A DNA stretch of 64,000 nucleotides from Octopus sinensis. Lineage: Eukaryota. The notes beneath the pieces are model-generated. The model searched no databases. It saw nothing but the letters and a program-made list of their open reading frames with translations, and was not told the DNA's origin. Both the position numbers and the translations under genes were made by a program. The stretch spans positions 11,222,001-11,286,000 of the forward strand of contig NC_043013.1 in NCBI RefSeq assembly GCF_006345805.1, read 5' to 3'. Below, piece after piece: positions 43,477 through 57,432 of this stretch (its first letter is position 1; the number at the start of each line of letters is the position of its first letter).

Positions 43477-43993
43477 TAATATTTTGGGGCTTATCGAAAT
43501 GTTTAAAAGATCCTGATTATTTTAAGTGAAGTTACAAATAATTATATAACTGTACAAGTTATAGACTGGTCATATATACAGCTGATGCTTATTTGCGGTT
43601 TTGTCTCTGTTACATGGCGCCATGTACGGTGTCTGTACAACTAGACGTGGTATACATGGAAAAAATACCATCGTTTCAGTTTCTTCTCATTTTTTATTTA
43701 TAAACAGAAATACACTCACACAAATACAACCATACAAATGCGGACACACTTCACTCGGCACGCACGCGACAATGGTCACGCGTAAGCACACCCACGTAAG
43801 CTCACATACACTTATACATTTATAAATATAACTTATATTTCCAGAGGTGCATATATTTTATGCGTTTATCTATTTATGTATGCATGTAGTGTGTTTACAG
43901 GTATACGCAGAGATCTGTATATGAATATATACACACAAACGTATATATGCAGCTGAGGGCATATATGTATACAGGTATATGTATATATGTGTG

Positions 43994-44046
<53 letters not shown>

Positions 44047-44164
44047 CACACACATACACACATATATATATATATACATATAAATATATATATACATATG
44101 TACATATATGTATACATATATAAATATATGTATATGCTTATATATGTATATACATGTATAGATA

Positions 44165-44203
<39 letters not shown>

Positions 44204-44237
44204 TATATATGCATATATATGTATATACATGCATGCA

Positions 44238-44273
<36 letters not shown>

Positions 44274-44319
44274 TACATATATATATATATTGGTGTGTGT
44301 TTGTGTTGTATATATATAT

Positions 44320-44367
<48 letters not shown>

Positions 44368-45023
44368 CATGCATACACATAATTACAAGTTCCGTTTTTT
44401 CCCCGCTAAATCTGAAAAGGAACGAGGAAAAAAGTTTCTGATTAATGAGGTGTGGCTTGGAGTTTATTTGTGTTCGTTTGCGTTTTACTTTCCTTCTAAT
44501 ACACGCAATTATATATCGACATAAATTAGTACATATGCTATCAGGTTAGATATCGATGTTAACCCTCTCTTGACTGAATGAAAGCTTGCTGCCAAACAAC
44601 ACTGTTTATAATGATCGCTAAATAGCGGATACTCGATCAAATCTGTATGCAGGTGTTTCTTGAGCCCAATTCCGCTTCGAAATCATAGTTTTTCAATCGA
44701 AAAACTTAGTGTATATCGTCTTGTTTTATTGTTCCCTACTCCAGCTGCAGTTTTCTGAGAGGAAGATTTAGTAGTACACTGTGTATATATATATATTCTT
44801 GGTTGACAGAGTTAATCCGTCCCTTGATTGAGCCATGTTCCTTGGGCATCTTTTGCAGACTCCACTGTGTGGCAAGCATTCGACTAGGATTTCGGTTTGA
44901 AAATACATTCTCCCATCCCACAAATTTCGGAAACCATGTGGAGGGTCACGATCAATGCCATCTCTCCAGCTTAAAAGATAAAACAAAATAGTTGTTGAAT
45001 TGATTGTAATTGCTTCAGATGAT

Positions 45024-45365
45024 GTTATACTTAACCAGTCGCCTGCTGCAGCACTAATTCCTGGAATTTGAGAGATTTTAGTGGAGTCAGATCAGTTGCA
45101 AGCATTTGGGGCCATGCATACAGGTTGAAGATATCTCCCCTCTTTCACCCATCAGTGCTGGAAGATGATGCAGCGGGATTGAGCGAGGGACGTTTACTTG
45201 CTTTGGGAGAGGTTATACTTAACCAGTTACTTGTTCTAACAGTAACATCCTTTATTTGGGGGTCTTTGCCGGAGTCAATTCTACTGCAAGCATTTAAGGC
45301 CATTCATACAGGTTGAAGAGTTCTCCTCTCTTTCAACCGCCAGTGCTAGAGGACGAAGTAGAACG
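45024..45365. repeat. Diverged tandem duplication, period 188 bp
   Basis: GTTATACTTAACCAGT at 45024 and 45212. The 77-nt cores 45097-45173 and 45285-45361 differ at 14 positions. Confidence 0.85.
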
Positions 45366-45959
45366 AATCAAACCTCAAATGCTTTCATTCTCTTTTATTT
45401 AATGGTATAATAGAGATTAAATTAAGCATTTCGAACACAATGTCGATAACAAAGTAGATTAACTGATTATATCAATGAAATAGTTTTAACATTATTACAA
45501 GAAAAAGGAGGAAGGAAAAACACAAAAGACACGGATACAAACAGTGTAGTATAGAAGCCCATATACACGCACGCGGGACCCGCGCTCACAGATATGGACG
45601 TAAGCGCATGCGCAGATAATGATATATGCCGCAGAAGAACAAAATGAATTAGACAGAGCCAGAGGAGACACATGTCACAGAGAGACACTGTAGAGATCAG
45701 AGAACGTGTGCTCAAGGATATAACGCGCCGATAGGTAACGAACTTTAAGATCGTGACTCGAATATGCTAACCACTCAGGCACGTGTCTTCAGAACAATGA
45801 GTTTACCCCTCCCAGGATATACTATTTATGAGAAATAGCAGTGATATTTTTCTTTCACCACCCTGTTCTATCTTAAAACAAAGGAAGCAAACACTCTGGA
45901 CTATAGTCTCCCTAATGTATAAAAATACGAGTTGGACACATCTAGAATGTCATTGGTAA

Positions 45960-46545
45960 TATCACAAGACCCGAAATTTTGGGGGAATTGGCCAGTCTAT
46001 TGGACCCACACCAGTAGTAACTGGTACTTAATTTATCAACCCTGAAACGATGAAAGGTAACGTCGACCTCGGCGGAATTTGAACTCAGAACGTAAAGACA
46101 GACGAAACACCGTTAAGCATTTCGCCCGTCATGCTAACGTTTCTTATTTCTTTATTGCCCACAAGAGGGGACAAATAAGGACAGACAAAGGGATTAGGTC
46201 GATTACATCGACCCCAATGCATAACTGGTACTTATTTAATTGACCCCCGAAAGGATGACAGGCAAAGTCGACCTCGGCGGAATTTGAATTCAGAACGTAG
46301 CGGCAAACGAAATACCCATTTTTTACTACCCACAAGGGGCTAAACACAGAGGGGCCAAACAAGGACAGACATAGGTATTAAGTCGATTATATCGACCCCA
46401 GTGCGTAACTGGTACTTAATTTATCGACCCCGAAAGGATGAAAGGCAAAGTCGACTTCGGCGGAATTTGAACTCAGAACGTAACGGCTGACGAAATACTG
46501 CTAACCATTTCCTCCACCGTGCGAAGGTTTCTGCCAGCTCGTAGC
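45960..46545 (-). mobile_element. Cluster of three nested SINE-B units
   Basis: Tail junctions at ~46144 (inserted at GAAACGTTAGC of an older head) and 46316/46317 (GAAATACC site). Confidence 0.8.
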
Positions 46546-47246
46546 CTTGCCATTGGTAATATATTGACTGAAGCAAAATTTACCTGGTATGCATCAAGAA
46601 CAAATCAGTTTTCTTATATAAACATCTGAAAGCCGTGTGTGTGTCTGTGTGTGTGAGCATAGTGTGCGTCTGTGTGCTCGCGCGTACGTGTATGTGTGTT
46701 AGTGTACTTGTGTACTTGTTAATTCCTGTTCGATAAAATCCATACATATTTGCGTGCTATTTGCTTTATCGACCACATGAATGATGAAAACAAAAGTTTG
46801 ATACCAGGATGCAAAATATCCAAACGAAATACAACTGCAAAGCATTTATTAGAAATTGTCACACATCAGCAACCCAATACATATAATATATATATATATA
46901 TATATATGTCCATTGGCGCAAGGTCATACAAGTCGGAGTGTATATAATTGATTGTGTTTACCGAAGTTCATGACGTAAAAGTAAATTCCTAAAGAGACGT
47001 TAATTCTAATCATCGAACGTTATAAAAGGGAACGTTATAAAAGTGAACAAAATGTCGCAACGCAATTCTTTTCGACGTACCGATTTAGCGGTAAGCCCCC
47101 GGTGAGGTTATACATATATACAAACAAACACACGCGCATGCACACAGGCACGCACACATACAGACATACATATAGACAGAGAGGCAGATACAGATGCACA
47201 CACGCTCACACGCATACTTACACACTCACAAACGTACACATATATA

Positions 47247-47795
47247 TTGGGTTGTCCGGAAAGTTCGTGCTGATTTTTAAAGGAAAGAAAACTGTCAATA
47301 AATACTTGCCATTACATTTTTAATCAACTAAATATGAACCATTTTGTTGCATAATGCGTCTCCATCTTTCCTTTAACTTGAAAATACCCTATTCCTAGAA
47401 TTGAGGTGGTTTCATGGCAAAGGATTCATCAAGGTATTTTTTACGTCATCCAAGGAATTGAATTTTTTATCTACAGGGACCTGAATACGTGGAAATCCGA
47501 AGGAGCAATATCTGGTGGATATGGAGGGTCGGGTAACACATCCTAGCCGAGCTGCAGCAATTGTTGTTTGGTTCCCAAAGCATCAAGTGCCGAAAGTGAA
47601 CTTTATCTTCCATTTTAAAGGGTTACAGAATTAACACAGATTCTAGGAACATAAACCTTCTTCCACGAAAAGATAGTTTAAACTGTGCTCTAAATGGAGG
47701 TGTAGTCAATTCCTATTTTATAGATTCAACCGTGTTCTAAAATAAGTCGAAAGGTAACCTACTATAAATCGGCACGAACTTTACGTACAACCCAA
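47247..47795 (-). mobile_element. Internally deleted mariner (549 bp)
   Basis: TIRs TTGGGTTGTCCGGAAAGTTCGTGCTGATTT and AAATCGGCACGAACTTTACGTACAACCCAA, with TA TSD. The minus strand retains LLQLG*DVLPDPPYPPDIAPSDFHVFRSL...GIFKLKERWRRIMQQNG. Confidence 0.92.
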
Positions 47796-47804
47796 TACAT
47801 ATAT

Positions 47805-48145
47805 ATTCTTTTACTTGTTTCAGTCATTGGACTACAGCCTTGCTAAGACACTGCTTTAATGATTTTAGTCGAACTAATCGATTTGAATATTATTTTTTGT
47901 TCAGTTCAGTAATCTATCAATTTGCCAGACCGCTAACTTACGGAGATTTAAACAAAGCAACACCGGTGTCAAGTGGTGCTGGGACACAAACAAAGAGATA
48001 AAGATCGACACACATAGATATATATGTCGACCCCATTCATTCACAAGACATTAGTCGCACCGGGGCCGTAGTAGACACTTGCCCAAGATTTCTTGTAGCG
48101 AGAGTGAACCCGAACCAGGCAGTTGCAAAGCGACCTTCTTAAACA
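47805..48145 (-). mobile_element. Old SINE family A copy
   Basis: Begins with the reverse tail TTCTTTTACTTGTTTCAGTCATTGGACT and ends in the reverse head (GACACTTGCCCAAG...GAACCCGAACC). Confidence 0.7.
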
Positions 48146-49140
48146 CCGATTTGTGTATAAATATATATTCGAACATGTATGTACATTAAATTGAAATTGA
48201 TATTTTGATGTAATTTAAGGTAGTGAGCTGGCAGAAAGCTTAGCACGTCGGGCAAAATGCTTAGCGGTATTTCGTCTGTCTTTACGTTCTGAGTTCAAAT
48301 TCCGCGCCGTGTTCTACTTTGCCTTTCCTCCTTTCGAGTTCGATAAATTAAGTACCAGTTGCGTACTGGCGTAAATCTTATCGGAATACCCAGTGTACGA
48401 ACATGCTAACCAACCACTCGGGTTGTTCCGGAAACGGCTGTAAATCTTCAAATTCATCTTACCCTAATTAAATTATTCTAAATGACTTGAGATACACATT
48501 CTGCTATGGTTTTGATTTTTCCTCATAATATAATATAATATAATATATATAAAACGAAGGTTTGCGCTAATCAGTGTTTCGGCATATGCAAAATTCAGGT
48601 TAGGTGAAATATGTTTGCGACATATTTCAACTGATAGAAGAAAAATACTCTGCAGTTACTGTGGAGAATATATCTCTCTTATGGTAAAAAAAAGTGTGAA
48701 AACACCCGGTTTGTTCAGTGTCACCATCTATTATGAATCACACATTGATATTACAAGTTTTTTTGGGCCTTCTCAATGAGATATACCTAAGAGAGGCAAC
48801 TCTGAACGAACTTATAAAGCCATAGCTATATTTATTATTCGGCCAACAACGTCGACTGACTGATTCGCGCTAGTAGACAGACCGATCGAGGAAAATAACG
48901 AAATGCTAGCCCTAAGTAGTGTTATATATATACATATATAAAAATTAATTGATAATTTTAAATTTTTAACTTTAAATTTAAATAATTTAAATTTTTAATT
49001 TTGTATTTTCTATATTTTCTATATTATATCAATTATTTTTATTTCTATGTTTTGGTTTATGTTTTTCCCATTTTGATTTGCCTAATAGTGTTTTTATTTC
49101 TAATTTAATTTATATTTATATGCATATATAAATATCTATA

Positions 49141-49455
49141 TACGCTTCAGAACCAGCTTCTGCAACAGCCTGGGTTTCAAGGGCCCACAGCTTTTTAATA
49201 TTCTCCCAAAGAGTCTGAGGAACTTGCACAAAGTAGATGTAGCGGTTTTTAAATCAAAGCTGGACATCTTCCTGTCAAGAGTCCCAGATGAACCTACCTC
49301 ACGGCAAGAGGTGCAAATGAGAGTAGCTATATCAAACTTCATTCTTCACCAAGTGCCACATGTTAGACGAGGTTCTTCGTAATAACAGTGTAGCACAAAA
49401 CGGCGGTGCATCAGCATGGCCGCAGCTCTGAGCTGAAACTTGAGGAGAAAAAGAA

Positions 49456-49460
<5 letters not shown>
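49141..49460 (+). mobile_element. 5'-truncated CR1-type LINE (ORF2 C-terminus plus 3' UTR)
   Basis: RFRTSFCNSLGFKGPQLFNILPKSLRNLHKVDVAVFKSKLDIFLSRVPDEP..., the typical CR1 ORF2 end (NS...GP.LFN.LP...FK..LD..L..VPDEP). The 3' end is GGCGGTGCATCAGCATGGCCGCAGCTCTGAGCTGAAAC. Confidence 0.88.
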
Positions 49461-49492
<32 letters not shown>

Positions 49493-49982
49493 CTATATGC
49501 ATATTATGTGTGGTGTGTGTGTGCGTGTTTGAAATTTCGTGTTGGTGTTTTTCCCCCACCACATTTCGACAACCGTTGGGATATTGCTAATATCAACCCA
49601 ACTTAAGTGTCCGCCAAAAGGTACAGCTGGAAAAAATATACAGGTTAAAAAAAATAACAACTAAGAACTGGGTTTGATTAAGTTCCAATAAGGCCATGAA
49701 GAGATTGCTCCAGATTGGGCGCACTCCAGTAACCTAAAATAATATAAAAGATAGATGTGAACACGTGGGCTTAAAGACCGTTTGCGTACATAACCACACA
49801 TAAGCACGTATACACATATATAGATAGAAGCATATATACACATGTATAGATGCTTACACACAAATACTTACACATACATAGTCATAGGTGCGTGGGCGTA
49901 TGTGTGCTACCGACTTTTACTTAAACATGGACACATTCTTGTGTATATGTTTGAATGCATATATATAGATATGAACTGATGA

Positions 49983-50016
<34 letters not shown>

Positions 50017-50027
50017 TTATCTATTTA

Positions 50028-50078
<51 letters not shown>

Positions 50079-50264
50079 TATTATATATATATCCTTTTAT
50101 ATGTTTCAGCGTTGTATGTGCATATATATATAATATATATGTGTGTATATATATGTATATATATCTATGTATATATATATATATATATAAACGGGAAGCT
50201 TTATGAAAATAAACAAAAGACGAAGGCAGGTGGAAAACAAACGAATATATATATATATATATAT

Positions 50265-50332
<68 letters not shown>

Positions 50333-50676
50333 CTATATATATATATATTTAATATATGTATGTAAGTATGTATGCATATGTATATTTACATGCATTTACG
50401 TATGTATATATATCTGCTTATCTATCAACTTCTCTCTCAGTCTGTCTTCTGTGTGTGCGTATGTGCGTGTATGTATATGCATACATATAGACACACGTGC
50501 GAACGCATAAACGCAGAAGAATACGCACATTATATTTTGACTGAATCAGAAGTATCTTTATCTATACACGTACATACACATGCACACACATACACATAAA
50601 TTTGCGCCGGTAGAAAGCATCATGTTCATATCTTCTTCTCACACACACACACACTCTCTCTGTTTTCACACACACT

Positions 50677-50734
<58 letters not shown>

Positions 50735-51508
50735 TTCATTCACAAACTCACCACATCATACAAAAACCATACAAATGCACTACAACGCTTAAACAAACAT
50801 ACACACTCTCAACCGGCTTGGAAAAACGAAAACGCTGTACAAAACAGATGATGTGTACAATTTATTGGAAGAAACAGGATAGAAGAGCTGTAGGTGGCTG
50901 CAGTTTTGGCAACGAGACACTAACTCTGTGAGTAAAAGCTGGTGTCTAAAACCAGTGTGCTTGTGTGTGTGTGGTGGGTATTAGTCGCTTTATTGTTACA
51001 TGGATCAGTAAAGTTGATAAAACTAATGGCAAATTGTCATGTAGATTGCACGGCGTTTAAGAGGTTATTTCCACATAGATATATATATATATATGTTGTG
51101 TTCTGTTATGTTATGCTATGTGATGTATGTAGGTATGTATGTATGTATGTATGTATGTATGTATGTATGAGTGAGAAAATGCATGTATATGTGTTAATGT
51201 GTGCATTTATTTAAGTATGCGTGTATCTGTGAATATGCGCATGTGAATTTATTTGCGTAACTACTTCCATACATACATACATATATATGTATATGTGTCT
51301 ATGTGTATAGCCTAACACATGCACACGTACAGACCCACGCACACACACACACACATACACACACACATATATATAATCACATGCATACTTGAACGTATAC
51401 GTAAAATAAGCATATGCGAGTGCGCATGTGTATGTATTCTAATATTCTATAATTCAAATACACATTCGACCCCACCACACACACTCACCCCACCGCACAC
51501 ACAAACAT

Positions 51509-51539
<31 letters not shown>

Positions 51540-53746
51540 TACAAAGACACTTTCTAAGTCACCGGCAGCACTTTCTTTGTATTAGTTTAACATGTACTTT
51601 TCTAAAAACTTATTTAATCCTTGAGTTTAAAGTCAAATGGCTTTTAAATATACCTAAACAAAATGTCAAACATTATATACATACACATACATACTCACAC
51701 ACACATACATATATACATACACATACACACTCACACACACACACACAAATATATATATATGTATATATATATACATATATATATATTTATATATATATAA
51801 ACTTATATCTATCTATCTATGTTGTATGTCTTGTACTCTGTTTTTTTCCGTTGTTTGAAAAAAAGTTCGTTTCTATGTTTTTGCTTTTATGTTTTCGTTT
51901 CTCATTGTGTTCCACGTTTATTTTTATGTCCTGTACCCATATATGCCTGTATATGTACATATATATGTAGGTATGTACATATATGTATGTATATATGCTT
52001 ATATTTATATATTATTTATATTATTCTTCGAACGAACGCCACTCATCATTTCCAAGTAGTTTATATTATATATATATATAATATATATATACTATATATA
52101 TGATATGATATATATAGATATATATATATATATATATAATAATATATATATTATATATATATTATATATATATATATATACTATATATCTATATATATAT
52201 ATATAATATATATGGCAATCGAATATTCGAATATTAAAAATAACAATAACGAAACATGAGGACTTTCACATGAAATGTATTAGTTTGATGCTCGGTAAAG
52301 GTGGAAAAAGGAAAAGGTTTTGACATTTCGAGCATAGCTCTTCGTCATAATATACATACATGCATACATATATAAATAGATACCTACGTAGTACATACAA
52401 ACATGCATACATACATACACTCTCCTGTGGAAGACGACGAATGAGTGTGCAGGTTTTTGCTGAACGATCCACGCAAATAATTTGTGTATAGTGATCAAAT
52501 ATGAGATCAGATGACGCTCTGCATGCAATCGATATTTTCTGTAGAGATGCACAAGTGTGCCACATATCAAATTTCGGAACAATAACTGAGCAATGTGAAA
52601 TTAAGTACCTTGCTCAAGAAGACAACGTGCCGCCCGAACCAGGGTTCTAATTTACGACTTCACGATCTTGAGTGTAACACTAAACACCAGGCTACGAGCC
52701 TTCACATACATACACACACATACAGAGAAACACATATGTAAATACACATTCAAAGAAAACACACATATATGTATACGTATATATATATAAACAGAACAAA
52801 AAGGATATCGCGGTAAACGTGTTTCAAGCTTTATAAACAATCCGTTATTACATCAGTGAATTATTGATATAAAAGATGGTTTAAAGCTCTCTTCAGCTGC
52901 AAACATTGTTAGTCCAAAGAATTACATCACAATATAAAATATAAGAAAAGTACATTTAGTATTACCCATTATAATAGGTTTATCATATATCCTTGAAAAA
53001 AGTATGTATATATATATATACATATATACTTTTATATACATACTTATATACATACTTTGATATGTGTAAGTATATATATATACACAAATTATTTGTGTTA
53101 AAATATCAGCAAGCCAAAAGCCTATATCTCGCAATATTGCTGAGGAACATGAACCTCAGAAATCGTTGAGTCACTTAAATTGCTGTAGTAGTATCATAAC
53201 GTGTGCCGTCTTTGCGTTTGCCAGTTTGCTGGCCTTCTATAAGATTATAAACCAGACCTAAAAGTGACGATACAAGAAAAGCATAGACCCGGGTAGACTG
53301 CAACCCCGTTAACTACGCTGCTGTACACTAATAATACTGCGATTACATCACGTAGTCCCAGATGGCCTCTCCAGTATTTCAGGAATTGAGAAGAGAACGT
53401 GTGATGCTGGTGTCCGAGCGTGGCTAGCCTGCACTTTAATTTGTATCTACTATATATCAGAACTATATATTCTTAGAATTGTACATAGAGAGTGGCCCAT
53501 TTGTTGCAATGTTGATACTACACTCATGTTTATAAAGAATAAAATTGACTTAAAAACATAATTGCCAAAGCCTTGTTTACGCCACTTCTAGTATGGTTCA
53601 CGATTTATTGTTGGTCAGGAATAGTCCCAATCGTTTGACTGAGCGAACCTCTAGGTCTCCTCTGGCTCTTTCACTGTAAGACGTGGTGTTACGTTTTCTA
53701 AAAGATGTAGTTTTTATTATCTTCACATGCGATTAGCATAAAAGTG

Positions 53747-53801
<55 letters not shown>

Positions 53802-54185
53802 TTATAATCATATCAAAGGGAATGGAAAATTAATTAAAATTTACATTCCAGTGGTCTAACGTGTAAAAAATTTTAGTCAAAATGACTATATATTAGTCAT
53901 ACGATATAGTGTATATTTAAACACATAAACACTAGGTTTGAACTGCTGAAGACGAACAGACCTAGTGAGTTCTCCTTGACTCGCTAAAGAAGATCAGAAA
54001 CCAATTGGTCCAGGAAACTAGATGGTAAATGTTTTTCATTTCCAAATTTATGCCTGTAGAATTTTATCCCCAAGTTTTGTGGTTATAGAACCTAGCTGTT
54101 CCTTCTAGCGTGTAGAATCCCTATAAGTGGATTTCTTATGTGTTTGAATATACACTATAACGTGTATATATATATATATATATAG

Positions 54186-54218
<33 letters not shown>

Positions 54219-54496
54219 ATATATATAAATGCATTCACAGTTCCCTATTCGATAGCATATCATCCCCAGTTTGTATCCCCTAAAAGGTATCAAAAATAAG
54301 GCCGGGTACTCTATGCTAAATTGGGCCTTTCAAAAGCTATAAATGCTCTAAAATATTTTTTTTCATGAATATATAATACTGACATTGGATACATATAATA
54401 CGACCGTGCGTCTTTTATGCTATGAAATACGGGAAATGCTCACATGTGCAATCACGTTATATACAGGCATATCCTATACATATGATACATAAGTAT

Positions 54497-54534
<38 letters not shown>

Positions 54535-55205
54535 ACACACACACACACACAATATATATATATAGAGAGAGAGAAATAAACAACTGGTTTTAAATCTCTC
54601 AGACTGTGTGTGAGGGTGTGAGCACGTGTGTGGGCGTGTGTGTGTGTGTAACATTGGTCATCCCCTCTGGACGAAGACTACTGTTCTAGCCAAAATCAGA
54701 AGATAATTCTTCATGAAGAGCCTGTAATAAGACCGAAACCGGATTTTGGCATTCACAATTCCAGCTTACATATTTCTCAGCATTAAATTTGTGTCTCCAT
54801 GGTAATTGAATTTGAAAAAATTGAAATTATCTAACATTTTCTTTCAGCGCCAGTATGAAATACCCAGAGGTTTATATATTCTGTAACTGTTAGTGAAATT
54901 AAAATTTATGAAGACTGGTTTGCATAAATCATGCGACACATTGCTATTTACCTACCTTATACATACACAGACATACATGCTTTTATATAAACATGAACAG
55001 TAACATTCAGCTATATATACACAAACATATACACACATATATGTGTGTACGTATGTTTACGTACACACACATACATTACACAGGTTATATATATATATAT
55101 ATATAGTAATATATTTGGGTATGTAGGTGTATATATATTCATATATATATATATATATATTTATTCATATATATATATGTATATATATATGTATATATGT
55201 GTATG

Positions 55206-55237
<32 letters not shown>

Positions 55238-55255
55238 CATACTTATACACACATG

Positions 55256-55287
<32 letters not shown>

Positions 55288-55648
55288 CATATATGTATAT
55301 ATATACGCAAATATATAAAGCAAATGAAAGACTGAAGATAGAATATAGAAGAATATATTATTATACATATTATATTTTAACATATATTATATCATATATA
55401 TGTACACAGACACACATATATATAGGAATATAAGTGTATGTGTGAAGACATATATATGTATATACATATATATATATATATATATAGATATATATATATA
55501 CATGCACATATTTATATATATGCACATACATGTATATATTTACGTATCTATATTTAGAAATATATGTATATATAACTATTACCATATGCATACATAGCAT
55601 TTTGTTCCTATATATATTTTGTGAGTGAACTGCTTAAATATATATGTG

Positions 55649-55679
<31 letters not shown>

Positions 55680-55877
55680 GTACCTTTGGTGTGTGTATAT
55701 CTATATATATGTGTGTGTGTGTGTATATATATATATGAACGTGGGGGACTGTGGGTGCGTGTATATATATATCTACATACACACATATAAACATTCTTAC
55801 CCAAACTCATATGCATATATATATGTATGTATATTTATGTAATTATCTATCCATCTATCTATCAATCAATCTATCTA

Positions 55878-55927
<50 letters not shown>

Positions 55928-55960
55928 ATATATATATAATATATATATATATATCTATTA

Positions 55961-56001
<41 letters not shown>

Positions 56002-56018
56002 TATATTATATATATATC

Positions 56019-56058
<40 letters not shown>

Positions 56059-56796
56059 TGCTTCATATACATATATATATTATACATGTGCATGCGTGTC
56101 TGCGTTTCTGTTTTCGTGTGTGTATGTGTTTATATGATATATCTCGGTATGTATAAACGTACACCGAACATACGCACAATCGTGCACAATGTGAAGCGTG
56201 CGTGCCAGTGGCTGAAAAGGTTCCATGTGCCTGCTTGTAAGGATGTAGATATAACTGGACAGTTCAAAGTAAACACACCCAAATTACATGTAAACACGTG
56301 AAATAGCAATAAACGACACCAACTTTGTTGATACCGGGCGTATTGGCATAGAAACATCTCTTACTCTCCTTTTGTCTCCCCTTTCGAGCGACAACTCATA
56401 TATAACTATTTCTTTCCCTATGCGCCTATCTACCTGTCTTTCTTTCCGTTTCTCTCTCTCTCTCACTCTCTTATCTTCTCTGGTACTCTATGCTATGTTA
56501 CTTTTTCTTATACATTTTTATCTTGCATGTACTCACATTGTTGTTTGTTTGTGTGGTGTTTTCTCTTCTATCTCTCCTCGCAAATTTTTGTGTCTCCTTT
56601 CGTTTGTGTCTACCTGTAACTGTCTGTTCCTTCGTCAATGTATGTGGATATGTATCTCTTTACTATTTTTATTTGTATCTCTATATGTATATGCATATCT
56701 ATATGTATATGTATACGTTTATATCGATCTTTTTTTATGATTGTACGCACGTCCTGTGCCGATACATACTCCCATATATAAATATATATATATATA

Positions 56797-56837
<41 letters not shown>

Positions 56838-57043
56838 ATAGAAATGGTAAGACACAAAAGAATGAAAGATACCTCGATATTATGTAAATAGAGAATTTAT
56901 CTGTGAATGTCATATGTGACAAATTATTCGGTAGCCATGATAAAACTCCGAGTTTCGGTTGCCATTGGAAAAAATACTATGAAAATGACCCTTTTTATAT
57001 TTTTTTAGTTTGCTGATTTAGTTGATTTTCAGTTCAACTACCA

Positions 57044-57132
57044 TAGCTATTTTTTCAATGGCCGGATAACTGAAGAGATGGCGGCGAGGGTTTCTGCCGC
57101 GACATCCGAAACTCGAGGTTTTGTCATAGCTA
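57044..57132 (+). ncRNA. Type I hammerhead ribozyme motif
   Basis: Stem I GAUAA(57065-69)/UUGUC(57121-25) plus distal UAGCUAU(57044-50)/AUAGCUA(57126-32). Core CUGAAGA (57070-76). Stem II G-AUG..GCGGC/GCCGC..CAU-C-C. GAAA (57108-11). Stem III AC-UCGAG-GU. Cleavage triplet GUU (57118-20). Confidence 0.7.
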
Positions 57133-57197
57133 CTGAATAATTGTCACATATTACATTCACACACACAAACACACACAAACACACACTCACACACACA

Positions 57198-57281
<84 letters not shown>

Positions 57282-57432
57282 CATGAACTCATATACAGAG
57301 GCAGACAGATAGATATATACATATATATGTATACATATACGTATATTGTATATCCAAAAATAATTAAGGAATGACCCTGAGAAGGTCGTTCGACTCACTT
57401 GAAAAGAGCAGCTATGTATATGTATATACACA

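Noticed and set aside
44770-44969. Possible minus-strand exon after a strong acceptor (TTTTGTTTTATCTTTTAAG|CTGG), frame WRDGIDRDPPHGFRNLWDGRMYF
   Set aside because: No convincing donor before the stop and no recognisable protein motif. It cannot be supported without transcript data.
53500-54040. Weak Penelope-like peptide traces and hammerhead-like fragments
   Set aside because: Too degraded. Neither the GIY-YIG motifs nor a ribozyme core can be aligned with confidence.
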